From contig NIVC01003631.1 in the NCBI GenBank assembly GCA_002269645.1, forward strand, positions 22,756 through 86,755: DNA of 64,000 nucleotides, in the 5' to 3' direction. The stretch's first letter is position 1, and the number at the start of each line of letters is the position of its first letter. Shown here piece by piece: positions 1-29,662 of this stretch. The notes beneath the pieces are model-generated. The model was not told where the DNA came from and searched no databases. It was given only the letters and a program-made list of their open reading frames with translations. A program made the position numbers and the translations under genes. The stretch is from Macrostomum lignano (taxonomy: Eukaryota).

Positions 1-1335
1 GCTGATGATTGCACACTGTCTATGGTTCGTCACAGCTGATGATTGCCTACCAACTGATGATTGCACACACTGTCTATGGTTGGTCACAGCTGATGATTGC
101 AAACACTATGGTTGGTCACAGCTAATGATTGCACACTGTCTATGGTTCGTCACAGCTGATGATTGCACACTGTCTATGGTTCGTCACAGCTGATGATTGC
201 ACACTGTCTATGGTTCGTCACAGCTGATGATTGCCTACCAACTGATGATTGCACACACTGTCTATGGTTGGTCACAGCTGATGATTGCACACTGTCTATG
301 GTTCGTCACAGCTGATGATTGCCTACTAACTGATGATTGCACACACTGTCTATGGTTCGTCACAGCTGATGATTGCACACGTACAGGTTGTCTATGGTTG
401 GCCACAATTGTCGATTGCACACACTGTCTATGGTTGGCCACAATTGTCGATTGCACACACTGTCTATGGTTCGTCACAGCTGATGATTGCACACTGTCTA
501 TGGTTCGTCACAGCTGATGATTGAACACACTGTCTATGGTTGGTCACAGCTGATGATTGCACACATTGTCTATGGTTAGTCACAGCTGATGATTGCACAC
601 ACTGTCTATTGTTGGTTACAGCTGATGATTTCAAACACTATGGTTGGTCACAGCTGATGATTGCACACACTGTCTATGGTTCGTCACAGCTGATGATTGC
701 ACACTGTCTATGGTTCGTCACAGTTGATGATTGCCTACCAACTGATGATTGCACACACTGTCTATGGTTGGTCACAGCTGATGATTGCAAACACTATGGT
801 TGGTCACAGCTGATGATTGCACACACTGTCTATGGTTCGTCACAGCTGATGATTGCACACACTGTCTATTGTTGGTTACAGCTGATGATTTCAAACACTA
901 TGGTTGGTCACAGCTGATGATTGCACACACTGTCTATGGTTCGTCACAGCTGATGATTGCACACTGTCTATGGTTCGTCACAGTTGATGATTGCCTACCA
1001 ACTGATGATTGCACACACTGTCTATGGTTGGTCACAGCTGATGATTGCAAACACTATGGTTGGTCACAGCTGATGATTGCACACACTGTCTATGGTTCGT
1101 CACAGCTGATGATTGCACACTGTCTATGGTTCGTCACAGTTGATGATTGCCTACCAACTGATGATTGCACACACTGTCTATGGTTGGTCACAGCTGATGA
1201 TTGCACACACTGTCTATGGTTGATCACAGCTGATGATTGCACACACTGTCTATGGTTGGTCACAGCTGATGATTGCACACACTGTCTATGGTTGATCACA
1301 GCTGATGATTGCACACACTGTCTATGGTTGGCCAC
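1..1335. repeat. Minisatellite, ~34-36 bp unit (GCTGATGATTGCACACACTGTCTATGGTTGGTCACA and variants), runs off the window start
   Basis: Direct tandem copies; the ORFs here are repeat translations. Confidence 0.95.
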
Positions 1336-1794
1336 AATGTCTATAGTTTTATTGTCGTTACTGTGAAACACACGCTTTACGTACAAGAGTTCAGTAGTAG
1401 CAGACCCTATATCTCTAACCGCGTATATTGTGCGCTACTAATAAAGTTACTTTTACCCCTACAGTGTGCACCGTGTGTAATGTAATTATGCTAAGAAGCA
1501 GACATAAATTTTGTTCCAAACTGCACACAAATTCATTTTTTAATGAAAATCTTGTTCGAGAAAGCTTTAGGCCGTGAGAAACTCTTATGGAAACTATTTA
1601 AATCAGATTGAATGTATCCATTGCAAAGTAAATTTAACGACTTTTCAACTAAATGCGTTTGCAGCGGCTTTTTCTGCACCGTAATTAAAACTCTGGCTCC
1701 AGACTAGTGAAGCCGTGAATCCGGTATTGGCTGCGCTGCTAGTGAGATGGATGGTGAGAGAATGGAGGGGAGTTAAGGGGTGGGAGAGTGAATG

Positions 1795-2468
1795 GGGGAT
1801 GGGAGAGTGAATTATGGAATGGGAGAGTGATTGGATGAACGGGAGAGTGAATGTGAGATGAAAGAGTGAATGGGGAAGTGAATTATGGAATGGGGGAGTG
1901 AATGGGGGAATGGGAGAGTGAATTTGAAAATGAGAGAGTGAATGGGAGAGTGAATTATGGAATGGGAGAGAGAATGGGGGATAAGAGAGTGAATTATGGA
2001 ATGGGGGAGTGAATGGGGGAATGGGAGAGTGAATTTGAAAATGGGAGAGTGAATGGGAGAGTGAATTATGGAATGGGAGAGAGAATGGGGGATAAGAGAG
2101 TGAATTGTGGAATGGGAGAGTGAATGTGGAAATGGGAGAGTGAATGTGGAAATGGGAGAGTGAATGTGGAAATGGGAGAGTGAATGGGGGAATGGGGGAG
2201 TGAATGGGGGATAAGAGAGTGAATTGTGGAATGGGAGAGTGAATGTGGAAATGGGGGAGTGAATGGGGGAATGGGAGAGAGAATGGGGGATAAGAGAGTG
2301 AATTGTGGAATGGGAGAGTGAATGTGGAAATGGGAGAGTGAATGTGGAAATGGGAGAGTGAATGGGGGAATGGGAGAGAGAATGGGGGATAAGAGAGTGA
2401 ATTGTGGAATGGGAGAGTGAATGTGGAAATGGGAGAGTGAATGTGGAAATGGGGGAGTGAATGGAGGA
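1795..2468. repeat. Purine-rich ~20-bp minisatellite (GGGAGAGTGAATGTGGAAAT)
   Basis: Tandem degenerate copies on the + strand. Confidence 0.93.
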
Positions 2469-3129
2469 ATGGCTGAGTGGTGGGGTGGCTCCAAAGGCCA
2501 AAGCAAGCATACCAGAAAACACATTCAATCACTGTTAAGTCTCAGCTTAATGTATCTAATTGCGCTATTAATAATCGCAATAAGCCGTCAAATAATTTCC
2601 ATACATGGCTTCGAATATCGAACGCAAAATGCAGTTGGTATGCGAGTCTCCGCCAGACAAAATCGCAATTTAAATGCACCGCACACACGCGCAGCGGTGT
2701 GGCGCCTGGGTTTCTATACCTCAGTTTTTTACACTACAAAATTAATTTCTGCATTGTTTTTAGCCAAATGCAGCTAATAGAGTAAAGGCTAACAGAATCA
2801 TTAGGCTTATTTTGGACAGAATTTCGTAGATCTGAGTGCACACCTGGCCGCCGGTGAGGCTCAGATAAGTGTGGACCCGTTGGCCAGTTAAGCAAACACC
2901 TCAGATTTGTTTGTCGGTGACTCAGCAATTGACTCTCTTAAGCAATGCATGCGGGGCGCAAGCGCCCTATCTTGACCCACTATACACGTAGCTGGGAGGA
3001 TACAAAAAATGGAATAGCAACTCCTACAGTCAGACGCAGAAACCAGCTCATGCAGATCTGAGATAAGAGCTTTGGCCGGCTGAGATCCTAGCCATTGAGC
3101 ATGCACTGGCGCCCGGTGGGTGAGGCAGG

Positions 3130-3292
3130 CCAATCACTGACCCTTCTCTCCGCCTTATCTCTGTAGCGGCAGAGCATAGGCTACATGCGCATATTGGCTG
3201 TTGCCTCGGCGGCTTCGAGCTTAAATAAGCAGTCGGCTCAAGTTTTCCTGGGCGGAGTTTCGTCTAACAGTTCCGATTTTCTCTTTATAAAA
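3130..3292 (+). promoter_or_regulatory. Candidate core promoter of the mesh-like gene
   Basis: CCAAT at 3130-3134, inverted CCAAT (ATTGG) at 3193-3197 and TATAAAA at ~3287, all within 220 bp upstream of the ATG at 3351. Motif match only. Confidence 0.3.
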
Positions 3293-3350
3293 AATCTCTC
3301 TTCGGCAAAGAGTTTTTGCAAGTAAAGTTATATTGATAGACAATTTGAAA

Positions 3351-19553
<16,203 letters not shown>

Positions 19554-19959
19554 GAGCCGCCACATTTTCAACCCATAGCGGACAAGTAATCAGACATAGA
19601 AATGTCATCTGTATATCAGCGGTCTTCGGCTCGAATTCTTCACTAAAGGCACTCGCTTTAAAAAGGAAATTCCGATCTTTTCTACATACTCGTATGTAAA
19701 AATGAGACAGCCAGACTTCTATGCTATTGAACGTATAATCAGCTAATTTCGCGTGTATAAATATGTATTAAGGCCAAAATGCACTACACACTGCTGCTAG
19801 CTTAACAATATCTATAATCCCAATTATATACCTAGCCCAAACTTTTCGGGTAGAAATAATTAATATAATTGCTTGATTGCAAGCCCTCACTATAAAATTT
19901 ACGTGCAATACCTGCAGTTTATTATATTACTAATGTTATACCATATTGTTACTATTGCT

Positions 19960-19965
19960 AATAAA
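19960..19965 (+). terminator. Candidate poly(A) signal of the mesh-like gene
   Basis: AATAAA ~400 nt after the stop codon; motif only. Confidence 0.35.
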
Positions 19966-20089
19966 CGCTGCTTGTAGACGTCATCATTGCTTAAAATAAT
20001 TATTGACATGCTGTACTTTTACATTCCACTCTGTTTTGGAATAGACGGCTCTAGCCATCCCAGTTTTTAGCGACATTGTTAAATACAAG

Positions 20090-22148
20090 ACACTGCTGAT
20101 TTCTCAAGATTATTTGCCGTTATCATAGATTGTTGATTCTCAAGATGGTTGGCGACTGTCATTGAGGTTGAGGGCGATTCTTAAGAGGATTATTGGCGAT
20201 TCTCATAGATTATTAGCGATTGTCATAGACAGATTTATGGCGATTTAAAAGATTTTGGCGATGCTCATAGATTGTGGGATTCTCAGGTTGTAGGCGATTC
20301 TCAAGATTTTTAGTGATTATCAAGAGGATTATTGGCGATTCTCATAGAAATTGTTGGCGATTCTCAAGGAGATTTTTTGCGATTCTCATAGAGATTGTAG
20401 GCGGTTCTGATTTTTTGCGCTTTTCATAGCGATTGTTGGCGATTTTACGAGTAATAAGTTGATTCTCAGAGAGATTGTTGGCGATTCTACTCGTAAAAGG
20501 CTGTTAGCATTCTCAGAGGTTTTGAGCGATTCTGATTCACTGTTGATTCTCATGGAAATTGTTGGCGATTCTGGTACATTGTTGATTCTCAAGGAGATTG
20601 TTGGCGATTTCTATAGATTGTTGATTCTCAAAGAGATTGTTGGCAATTCCTATAGATTGTTGATTCTCAAGGAAATTGTTGGCGATTCTGGTACACTGTT
20701 GATTCTCAAGGAAATTGTTGGCGATTCTGGTACACTGTTGATTCTCAAGGAAATTGTTGGCGATTCTGGTAGCTCGTACACTGTTGATTCTCAATGAAAT
20801 TGTTGGCGATTCTGGTACACTGTTGATTCTCAAAGAGATTGTTGGCGATTCCCATAGATTGTTGATTCTCAAAGAGATAGTTGGCGAATTCCATAGATGG
20901 TTGATTCTCAAAGAGATTGTTGGCGATTCCCATAGATTGTTGATTCTCAAAGAGATAGTTGGCGAATTCCATAGATGGTTGATTCTTAAGGAGATTGTTG
21001 GCGATTTCTATAGACTGTTGATTCTCAAGGAAATTGTTGGCGATTCTGGTACACTGTTGATTCTCAAAGAGATTGTTGGCGATTCCCATAGATTGTTGAT
21101 TCTCAAAGAGATAGTTGGCGAATTCCATAGATGGTTGATTCGTAAGGAGATTGTTGGCGATTTCTATAGATTGTTGATTCTCAAGGAGATTGTTGGCAAT
21201 TCCTATAGATTGTTGATTCTCAAGGAGATTGTTGGCAATTCCTATAGATTGTTGATTCTCAAGGAGATTGTTGGCGATTCCTATAGATTGTTGATTCTCA
21301 AGGAGATTGTTGGCAATTCATATAGATTGTTGATTCTCAAGGAAATTGTTGGCGAATCCCATAGATTGTTGATTCTCAAGGAAATTGTTGGCGATTCCCA
21401 TAGATTGTTGATTCTTAAGGAGATTGTTGGCGATTCCCATAGATTGTTGATTCTCAAGGAAATTGTTGGCGAATCCCATAGATTGTTGATTCTCAAGGAA
21501 ATTGTTGGCGAATCCCATAGATTGTTGATTCTCAAGGAAATTGTTGGCGAATCCCATAGATTGTTGATTCTCAAGGAAATTGTTGGCGATTCCCATAGAT
21601 TGTTGATTCTCAAGGAGATTGTTGGCAATTCATATAGATTGTTGATTCTCAAGGAAATTGTTGGCGAATCCCATAGATTGTTGATTCTCTAGGAAATTGT
21701 TGGCGAATCCCATAGATTGTTGATTCTCAAGGAAATTGTTGGCGATTCCCATAGATTGTTGATTCTTAAGGAGATTGTTGGCGATTCCCATAGATTGTTG
21801 ATTCTCAAGGAAATTGTTGGCGATTCCCATAGATTGTTGATTCTCAAGGAAATTGTTGGCGATTCCCATAGATTGTTGATTCTCAAGGAAATTGTTGGCG
21901 ATTCCCATAGATTGTTGATTCTCAAGGAAATTGTTGGCGATTCCCATAGATTGTTGATTCTCAAGGAAATTGTTGGCGATTCCCATAGATTGTTGATTCT
22001 TAAGGAAATTGTTGGCGATTCCCATAGATTGTTGATTCTTAAGATTGTTGGCGAATCCCATAGATTGTTGATTCTCAAGGAGATTGTTGGCGATTCCCAT
22101 AGATTGTTGATTCTTAAGATTGTTGGCGAATCCCATAGATTGTTGATT
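20090..22148. repeat. 39-bp minisatellite (GATTGTTGATTCTCAAGGAAATTGTTGGCGATTCCCATA) between two convergent genes; degenerate on the left, homogeneous on the right
   Basis: Tandem copies. Confidence 0.95.
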
Positions 22149-23081
22149 AATTGTTTGCGATCTCCAAGTGTTTGTTGGCTACAAAAACAGATCAATAAAC
22201 AGCCCACCCTACGGAGTTCTGCTGCATAATAAAACAAATGAATTATGAAGAGAATGCAAATCAAAGAATTTTAATTTACGCGCTTAAATACCGGAGACTG
22301 TATAGAAAGGCCAATATTGAATTACTATACGTAGCTGATGGGGTAGAAAAAACATGTAGCAATATGCAGTTTATTTTTATATTTTACTGTTTGCAGACAC
22401 AAACAGACTCAGACACAACAGAGATTAGCGTACTCCACTATAAATTAACAGCCTATTAAAGTACAGAATAGTAAAACAGTTAGATTAATTAAAACTTTTG
22501 TACTCTTATCAGCTGTAGAGCAGGTTATTTAAAAAGACACGATAAAATTCTTTTTTTAAATTAAGGAATGTGATAGAGTATATATTGGTAAACACGTTTG
22601 GAATGCTTCAAACAGATTCTGAGCTCCAAGCCAACTGCTAGTAGATGAGATATTACTGACAATAAAGCAGTTGATCCTACTTTAAGTAGCAAAGCAATTC
22701 AAATTCCAAATTTTAAAGAAAATTTACACGAGAGACAGCATAAAACAAGTACACGAAACATTTCATTCAGGGCAGCTCACGCAATTTCCTTATTACTCAT
22801 ATATAAAAAGTACACGGAGTCATTTATCATTAAGAAACTTTTCTGATGTTATCAAAGTTGAAGTCAAATAACAATTATTATATAACATTCGTTACCTGCT
22901 ACTGACTTCAATAAAAAATTAAAATGTGCTCGGCGACACAGACGGATTCAATAATATTAACAATACGCGCATCAGCTACTGCTTACGCTAGCGTCCGTTT
23001 AGAGATTTTTTTTGCTAAAATTTGCGAAAACGAGGCAAAAAAATTGTAAATAAATTTGAAACAGTTCTACTAATGTTATGT

Positions 23082-26000
23082 CTAGATGGAATGCATAGCA
23101 GCAGTAACCATGGCAACCAGACAGGCTAGCAGTGCCGGTCGCATAGTCGGGCTAAGCCTGCCAGCGTGGGCAAACACCTCCAATTGGAAGGTGTTGGTGT
23201 ACGGATCTTTGCCGAAATCGAATTTCATCGGGCACTGATCGAATAGCCGCTCGTTGTCAGTCAGCTCGAGCATGAGGCTGGCACTCTCGGATGGATAGGC
23301 GCTGGAGCTGGTCTGGTCCGGCATGCACTTAGAGGCCATACTGCGCGACATCCGGTACGTGCGCAGGCCGGTCCGCCTGTAGATCCAGCAGCGGAAATTG
23401 CCAACCACGGGATCGGCCGGGTCAAAGGTTATCATGTAGGACTTGGCGTCCTCCATCCAGTAGCCGACGCAGGTGAGAATATTGTCGGGCACGTCATACT
23501 CGGACAGCGGCCGGCCGATGTGATCCAGCCGCATGCAGCGTTGAACGTCCAGACTGAGCTGCTTGTTCTCGCCGATGCAGGCGTGCATGTCGGACTCCCA
23601 GTACTGATCGCAGACCACTTGAACTCTGCAGTTGGTTCAAATCGAATTTCTAAGATTTCTTCCGGAATTTCCCAGGATCTCAAGGTCACCCACGCTTATT
23701 TGGTAGGAATTCCCCCGGATCTCAAGGTCACCCACGCTTATTTGGTACCCCCTCTCGGGGCCACCCACGCTTATTTGGTAGGGATTCCCCCGGATCTCAA
23801 GGTCACCCACGCTTATTTGGTAGGGATTCCCCCGGATCTCAAGGTCACCCACGCCTATTTCGTAGGGATACCCCAGGATCTCAGGGTCACCTAAACTTAT
23901 TTGGTAGGGATTCCCCCGGATCTCAAGGTCACCCACGCTTATTTGGTAGGGATTCCCCCGGATCTCAAGGTCACCCATGCTTATTTGGTAAGGATTCCCC
24001 CGGAGCTCAAGGTCACCCACGTTTATTTGGTAGGGATCCCCCCCCCTAGATCTCAATGTCACCCAAGCTTATTTGGTACCCCCTCTCGGGGTCACCGACG
24101 CTTATTTGGTAGGGATACCCCAGGATCTCAGGGTCACCTAAACTTATTTGGTAGGGATTTTCCTGGATCTCAAGGTCACCCAAACTTACTTGGTAGGGAT
24201 TCCCCTGAATCTCAAGGTCACGGAACTTAATTTTTTCGGATTTCTCAAGCTCAATCTCAAGGTTAACTAAAAAATCAATAAAAAAAATTAGAACTTCATT
24301 ACTATGGCTGACTACAATAAGAGTTGTCAGGAATGTCCTAGATGATCAAGGCCAACCACATGTGTTTGGGACCCAATAAAACTCCCACAAAAGCATTGAA
24401 GCCCTCACCGAGGCCGAGGCGTCACTCCGGCAGGAATCTTGGTAAAATAGAACTCGGACTCCTGGCCAACCATATTGAATTTAAAGCGGCCTTGAATAGG
24501 ACAGTTAATAGGCACAGGCGGATTGAGTACAAAGTACTCGTAGGTCCACTCAACCTGGTCCATAGTGAAGGAGAACCAGTCGCAGGCCTCGCGAAATCGC
24601 CTACTCATATAATTACTGTCCTCATTGTGATTTGGATCGTGCTTAATGGGCTTGGACATGCGAAATCTGATGATGTTGTGGTGGCGAGGCATAAAGTGCA
24701 TGCAGATGTAGTCCACGTCGCAGCGGCCCTCGGTCACCACGGCCATTAAGTAGCGAGACTCCTGAGACTGTGGGAATTCAATTGTTTTCTTGTGTTTTGT
24801 AGATGAGCACTGCTACCTCTGCTGTGGCTATACAGTAGCACTGCTACCTCTGCTGTGGCTATTCAGTAGCACTGCTACCTCTGCTGTGGCTATTCAGTAG
24901 CACTGCTACCTCTGCTGTGGCTATTCAGTAGCACTGCTACCCCTGCTGTGGCTATTCAGTAGCACTGCTACCTCTGCTGTGGCTATTCAGTAGCACTGCT
25001 ACCCCTGCTGTGGCTATTCAGTAGCACTGCTACCTCTGCTGTGGCTATTCAGTAGCACTGCTACCCCTGCTGTGGCTATTCAGTAGCACTGCTACCTCTG
25101 CTGTGGCTATTCAGTAGCACTGCTACCCCTGCTGTGGCTATTCAGTAGCACTGCTACCTCTGCTGTGGCTATTCAGTAGCACTGCTACCCCTGCTGTGGC
25201 TATTCAGTAGCACTGCTACCTCTGCTGTGGCTATTCAGTAGCACTGCTACCTCTGCTGTGGCTATTCAGTAGCACTGCTACCCCTGCTGTGGCTATTCAG
25301 TAATCAGTAGCACTGCTACCCCTGCTGTGGCTATTCAGTAGCACTGCTACCTCTGCTGTGGCTATTCAGTAGCACTGCTACCCCTGCTGTGGCTATTCAG
25401 TAGCACTGCTATCCCCTACAGTGGAATAAATAGAAATAAAGTGAGCAGATGCCAGTCGTACCTGTCTGCAGACAAAGTACACCTCCTCCCACTGGTACTG
25501 GTTCAGCTGACGCCGCAACTTGATGGTGGTGGCATTGATGTACACATCCGTCTGGTACTCGGCTGGCTGGAACCAGACGCCGGTGAAATTCTTAGGCAGA
25601 TTGCAACCCGGCCGCAGCTGGGGCACCTGATCAGTGGAGTCCAGCGTAGGCCGCAGTATCAGCTTCATCGGGGATTCGTCTGGCGATTTCAAGGTAGAAC
25701 AGTCGGCATCGACGGTCATGCCCCAGCGGTAAAGTATACTACGCTCGTTCTGATCCTTCCTAGTAACCAGGCAGCGGTATTTGAACTTAGTATCGGCCTG
25801 GTCCATGCCAACCGCGGCGTAAACATTATTATTATTGTCTGTCCACATTCCGTAGCAGTAATAGTTCTGCTGGCCTGTGTCCTTGGTAGCCGCCAGGCCG
25901 GGGCACTGGCCCCAGTTGAATGTAGCAATGTAGCTGTCTCGCTCCTGCGAGCCGGCCCTCTGGCAGGCCTTAATCTTATTAGTCAGAGCGTCGCACGGTG

Positions 26001-26556
26001 TCCTAGAAGAATCCTTGAGCTGATAAGTGAACCAGAACACGCCCTCCAGGATGGTTTTACAATTGTAAATCTGGTATTGCTGGGAGAAGCCGACAACTGC
26101 AAAGCTATACCGATTATTAGACTCAAAGATGGTGCACCTGGAAGCGGCATCGCTGGCTGTGGTGGCGTAGACTCCGCTCAGCTGATACTGGATTATATTA
26201 ATCGATTGCCAATAGAATTTGGCGCAGAAGTAAATCTCCCGGCTCCCGGATGTTGTGTCATTGCGATAGAGCACCAGCATGTTCCACTTGGACTGCTGTT
26301 CGGGCTCTTTCCTATTCCTATCGAGCACGCGGACGCAAGTGGCTTTGTATGACTGCAGGAAGCCTTGCCTATAGGTCAGAGTGTTGTCAGTGATGAACAT
26401 GGTTGTGTCTTGGCCGGAATCAATTGAGAATAGCGGCATTATGTAGCGCCTGTCGTCTCCAGTGAATGGACAGCCGGTACCAGTCTGTGCCAGAGCTGTG
26501 CCAGCCAACTGCCAGGCCAGCAGCAGCCCCAGTGCCAATGCTTGATGCCAACTCAT
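23082..26556 (-). CDS. Uncharacterised secreted, probably GPI-anchored Cys-rich protein (~663 aa; resembles the invertebrate DUF7042/7043/7044-type family), 3 exons
   Basis: Exons 26556-25462 (phase 0), 24761 (or in-frame 24767)-24409 (phase 2) and 23625-23082, with GT-AG introns. Signal peptide MSWHQALALGLLLAWQLAGTALA; hydrophobic C-terminus PALLACLVAMVTAAMHSI* without a cytoplasmic tail. The DUF assignment is from recalled motif pattern (CP..G.F.F; C.G.W; YRC), not a search. Confidence 0.85.
23660..24225. repeat. 42-bp minisatellite (GATCTCAAGGTCACCCACGCTTATTTGGTAGGGATTCCCCCG), intron 2 of the Cys-rich gene
   Basis: Tandem degenerate copies. Confidence 0.92.
24805..25412. repeat. 31-bp minisatellite (TAGCACTGCTACCTCTGCTGTGGCTATTCAG), intron 1 of the Cys-rich gene
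   Basis: Tandem near-identical copies. Confidence 0.96.
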
Positions 26557-29500
26557 AATCTTGGCATTAATATTGTCATTTGGGATTAATACTTTTGGTA
26601 GGTATTAGTTTAAGTTGCTAATTATTAGCAAATTAGCATGTAATAAATCTACTTTCCATTTAGTGCGAGGTTGCCAAAACAGATAAACCTTGCACATGTC
26701 ACTTTTTTATACAATCTATTTAGCAAAAAAACAGTTCACAAGTCCCTTTAAGAATCATTTCATATCAATTGTATATATCATCATTATTTTTAATGTAGAT
26801 ATCCTCTCATTAACTTAATTAAGCACATAGTCATTATTGCATGCTATGTAATTTTAAATAATTCTTATATATTGAAATTTATAAGCTATACTGTAACTAG
26901 TAATGACCCCTCTTTAACTGTTTCTTTTTTCAAGTATAACAGTATAGACAAGGCCTAGTGTAGTGCTCATTTGCTTTTAATTATATTTTATGGAGTTTAT
27001 ATCTTGCATTGTTATATTTTACTAGTGTTCATTAAAATTATAAATATTTGGACAGTTATTGCCACCTGACTATGTGGAAAGTATAAATGGATATGCCAAT
27101 GACTTTGTAGAGGCATAGACAATAGATATTATGGAGTATATTTAAATAGAGCCAGCTTTGTCTTTGACAATGTATCCAATATAACTGTGGTATTCATCAT
27201 TGCTTTCATTGCATTTAACCTATAGCATACTTTAATTCTAGAGACAGTTGAAGTATTGGCTAAGCTGCACTATTATACCATATATATATCAATGCCATCA
27301 ACTTGCTAGATACACTTTTCTATTGCATCTGTTCTTACATTTTTACTGACAATTTATATATTGAGACATTTTTCCTAGGGCTTAAGTGAATTTGCTTACC
27401 ATTTTTACTATTATTAGCCTGTTAGCAAACAATGAAAAATAGTATAATAAATATAATTGTTAACTTTTGCCATAAAATTGTTTGGGACTAGGACTAAAAA
27501 GTAAAGGTATCATTTTTCAATAAGGTTTTTGCATAGAGCATATTCAGTTATAGCAAAAATAACCTTTTTTTGTTTAAAATATATGCTGATTGTTCTCACT
27601 GTAAATATCACTGCCACCAAAGTTGATGTAGGGCTAACTTCTATCTCTTAAAATAATCCTCCCAATTCCATTAATGTTGTGCTCTAGGTAATTTTTATGT
27701 TCTTATATTTATCTATTGGTAGCATATTTATGTACTATACTTCTGGCCTGAACAGTCTAATGGCACTATCTACTTTATTTTTATTATTAACTTTTATAGA
27801 GGTTTTCTCTTAGTCTTGGGCATTTCTAGGATTAGAGAGTCATGGCTTCTAAGCAATTTCACTGCCTTGAGGCAGTTTCTCCTACCCTGAGGCAATTCTG
27901 CCACTCTATAATGATTATTGCCCTGAGGTGATTCTTGCATTTAGTGGATTTCTAATATTCCCAACTGAGGGTTTTGGTCTAAGAAATGAACAAGTCTTTT
28001 AAATACTGCAAATAGCAATTTAATATGCAAATGACTTTATTAGCTCAAGCTTGCAAGATGTTAAATAGACAAATTGTTATAATCTTAAATTGCTATTTAC
28101 TTGGCCTACTTTGGGCTCCTATTTATATAGTTCAAATGATATATATGCACAACAGTTGGCTAAGTCGGCTGATCTGGCCAACCAATTTGGTGGCCAACCA
28201 AGGTAAGTTGCAAAAATGCTTATCCAAATAAATACCAAAGTGATACTAAGTAGATGATGAGGAATTTTGCCTTAATAAGACAGTCATAGTTACTCTTACC
28301 ATTTACCCAAAATTGTGTTAATTTTACTTTAGGGCTTCTTTTACATTCTTGTGCTCCAGTTTAACTGGTTTCTATGTTTCACATTCTACGTTTTGATTGC
28401 TGCATGGTTTCTAGTTATTGACTTAATAAATCAAGCGGTCTTGTGCTACACACTTAGTAATAGGCCTAGTCTATGGCTACTTATGTTTTTTTCACTGGAT
28501 TAATAGTTTGTACGCATATCTATTTCTATGCAGTTAAATTTCATTAAATCGCTGATTAAGCATTCTGTGTAAGTTCTGTGGTTAAAATAAACTTTTATTT
28601 TGTAGAATATTAGTTGATTTTAGAACATTTAAACAAAAATATAACTTTGAGCAAAAATTGAAATACTATAGTTTCTAAGAAAGAATTCATAAATTTAGCT
28701 TATAGTTTGCTATATTTATATTTGTAACTAGCACATGGTATACATATTTGGTCAAAAATACATATACCATGTGCTAGGAAAGAGTTCTACCTTGGTGCCA
28801 AAATTTAGTCAATTTTGGTGAGTTTTTTATAAGCCAAAATTTGATAAAATGTTATTTTTGCAATATTGCTAAATTTTTCATAACATTACTAATTGCATAA
28901 TAAAATTAATATAAATGATACAAATGTTTTAAGTTAAAAAAATCTTCTATTTATGCGTTAGTGTTGGTGGTTAGTGTAGTAGTCTTGAGGGGGGCTGCCT
29001 AGTCTTAGTCCAGTTTATATCTTATATCAAAGTCTTAGTCTTGACTCCTATGGTCTTATATAGTAGAATTAAAAATTAAAACATGTTTTCACACATGTCG
29101 AAGTTAAGAAAAATACTTTTTGCAAATTATATTAGGCTTAGGGTAATATATGGGAAGGCCACTGGTCCTTATCTTGAAGAAAGATTAAGCATGCCAACTA
29201 TTGTATAGATAAATACTGTCGCGAGAGCTCCGTAAACGCCTCACGGTATACCAACCACCCTATTATTATTACGAATTGTTATTTCCGCATAAGAAAAGGA
29301 AAAGACAAGGGTTTAAATAAACTATCCAGTTTAACAAATTTAGTTTTTTCAAATTCACTGCAGTTAAGTTTGATATTATCAGGTATATGTATATTTAAAA
29401 ATTAGAAACTTTATATATTTTCGGACTATTACAGGTTTAGCTAGAAAAGTATATGTACGTAATTGTGATATTTATACCATTTAAATGTAAATTTATACAC

Positions 29501-29662
29501 GAATGTCAAGCGGCACTGCCACCGAGACATCAGACATGACACGGATTCCTTACTCCTAAAAAATGGATATGTTTAGAAAAAATCTTTGACGGCTATTCGG
29601 CTATCTCTATATGCGTGTTGCCGATAGGTTCCCCCAAATGACTGCAATTGGCTGTACGGCTA

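Noticed and set aside
1-1335. CRISPR-like periodicity and repeated TGATGA/CTGA (box C/D-like) motifs
   Set aside because: There are no unique spacers and no cas genes, and the context is eukaryotic. The motifs overlap within a satellite unit and lack snoRNA terminal stems or guides.
26557-26565. AG three bases upstream of the Cys-rich gene's ATG as a spliced-leader acceptor
   Set aside because: The pyrimidine tract is weak, and cis- versus trans-splicing cannot be told from DNA alone.
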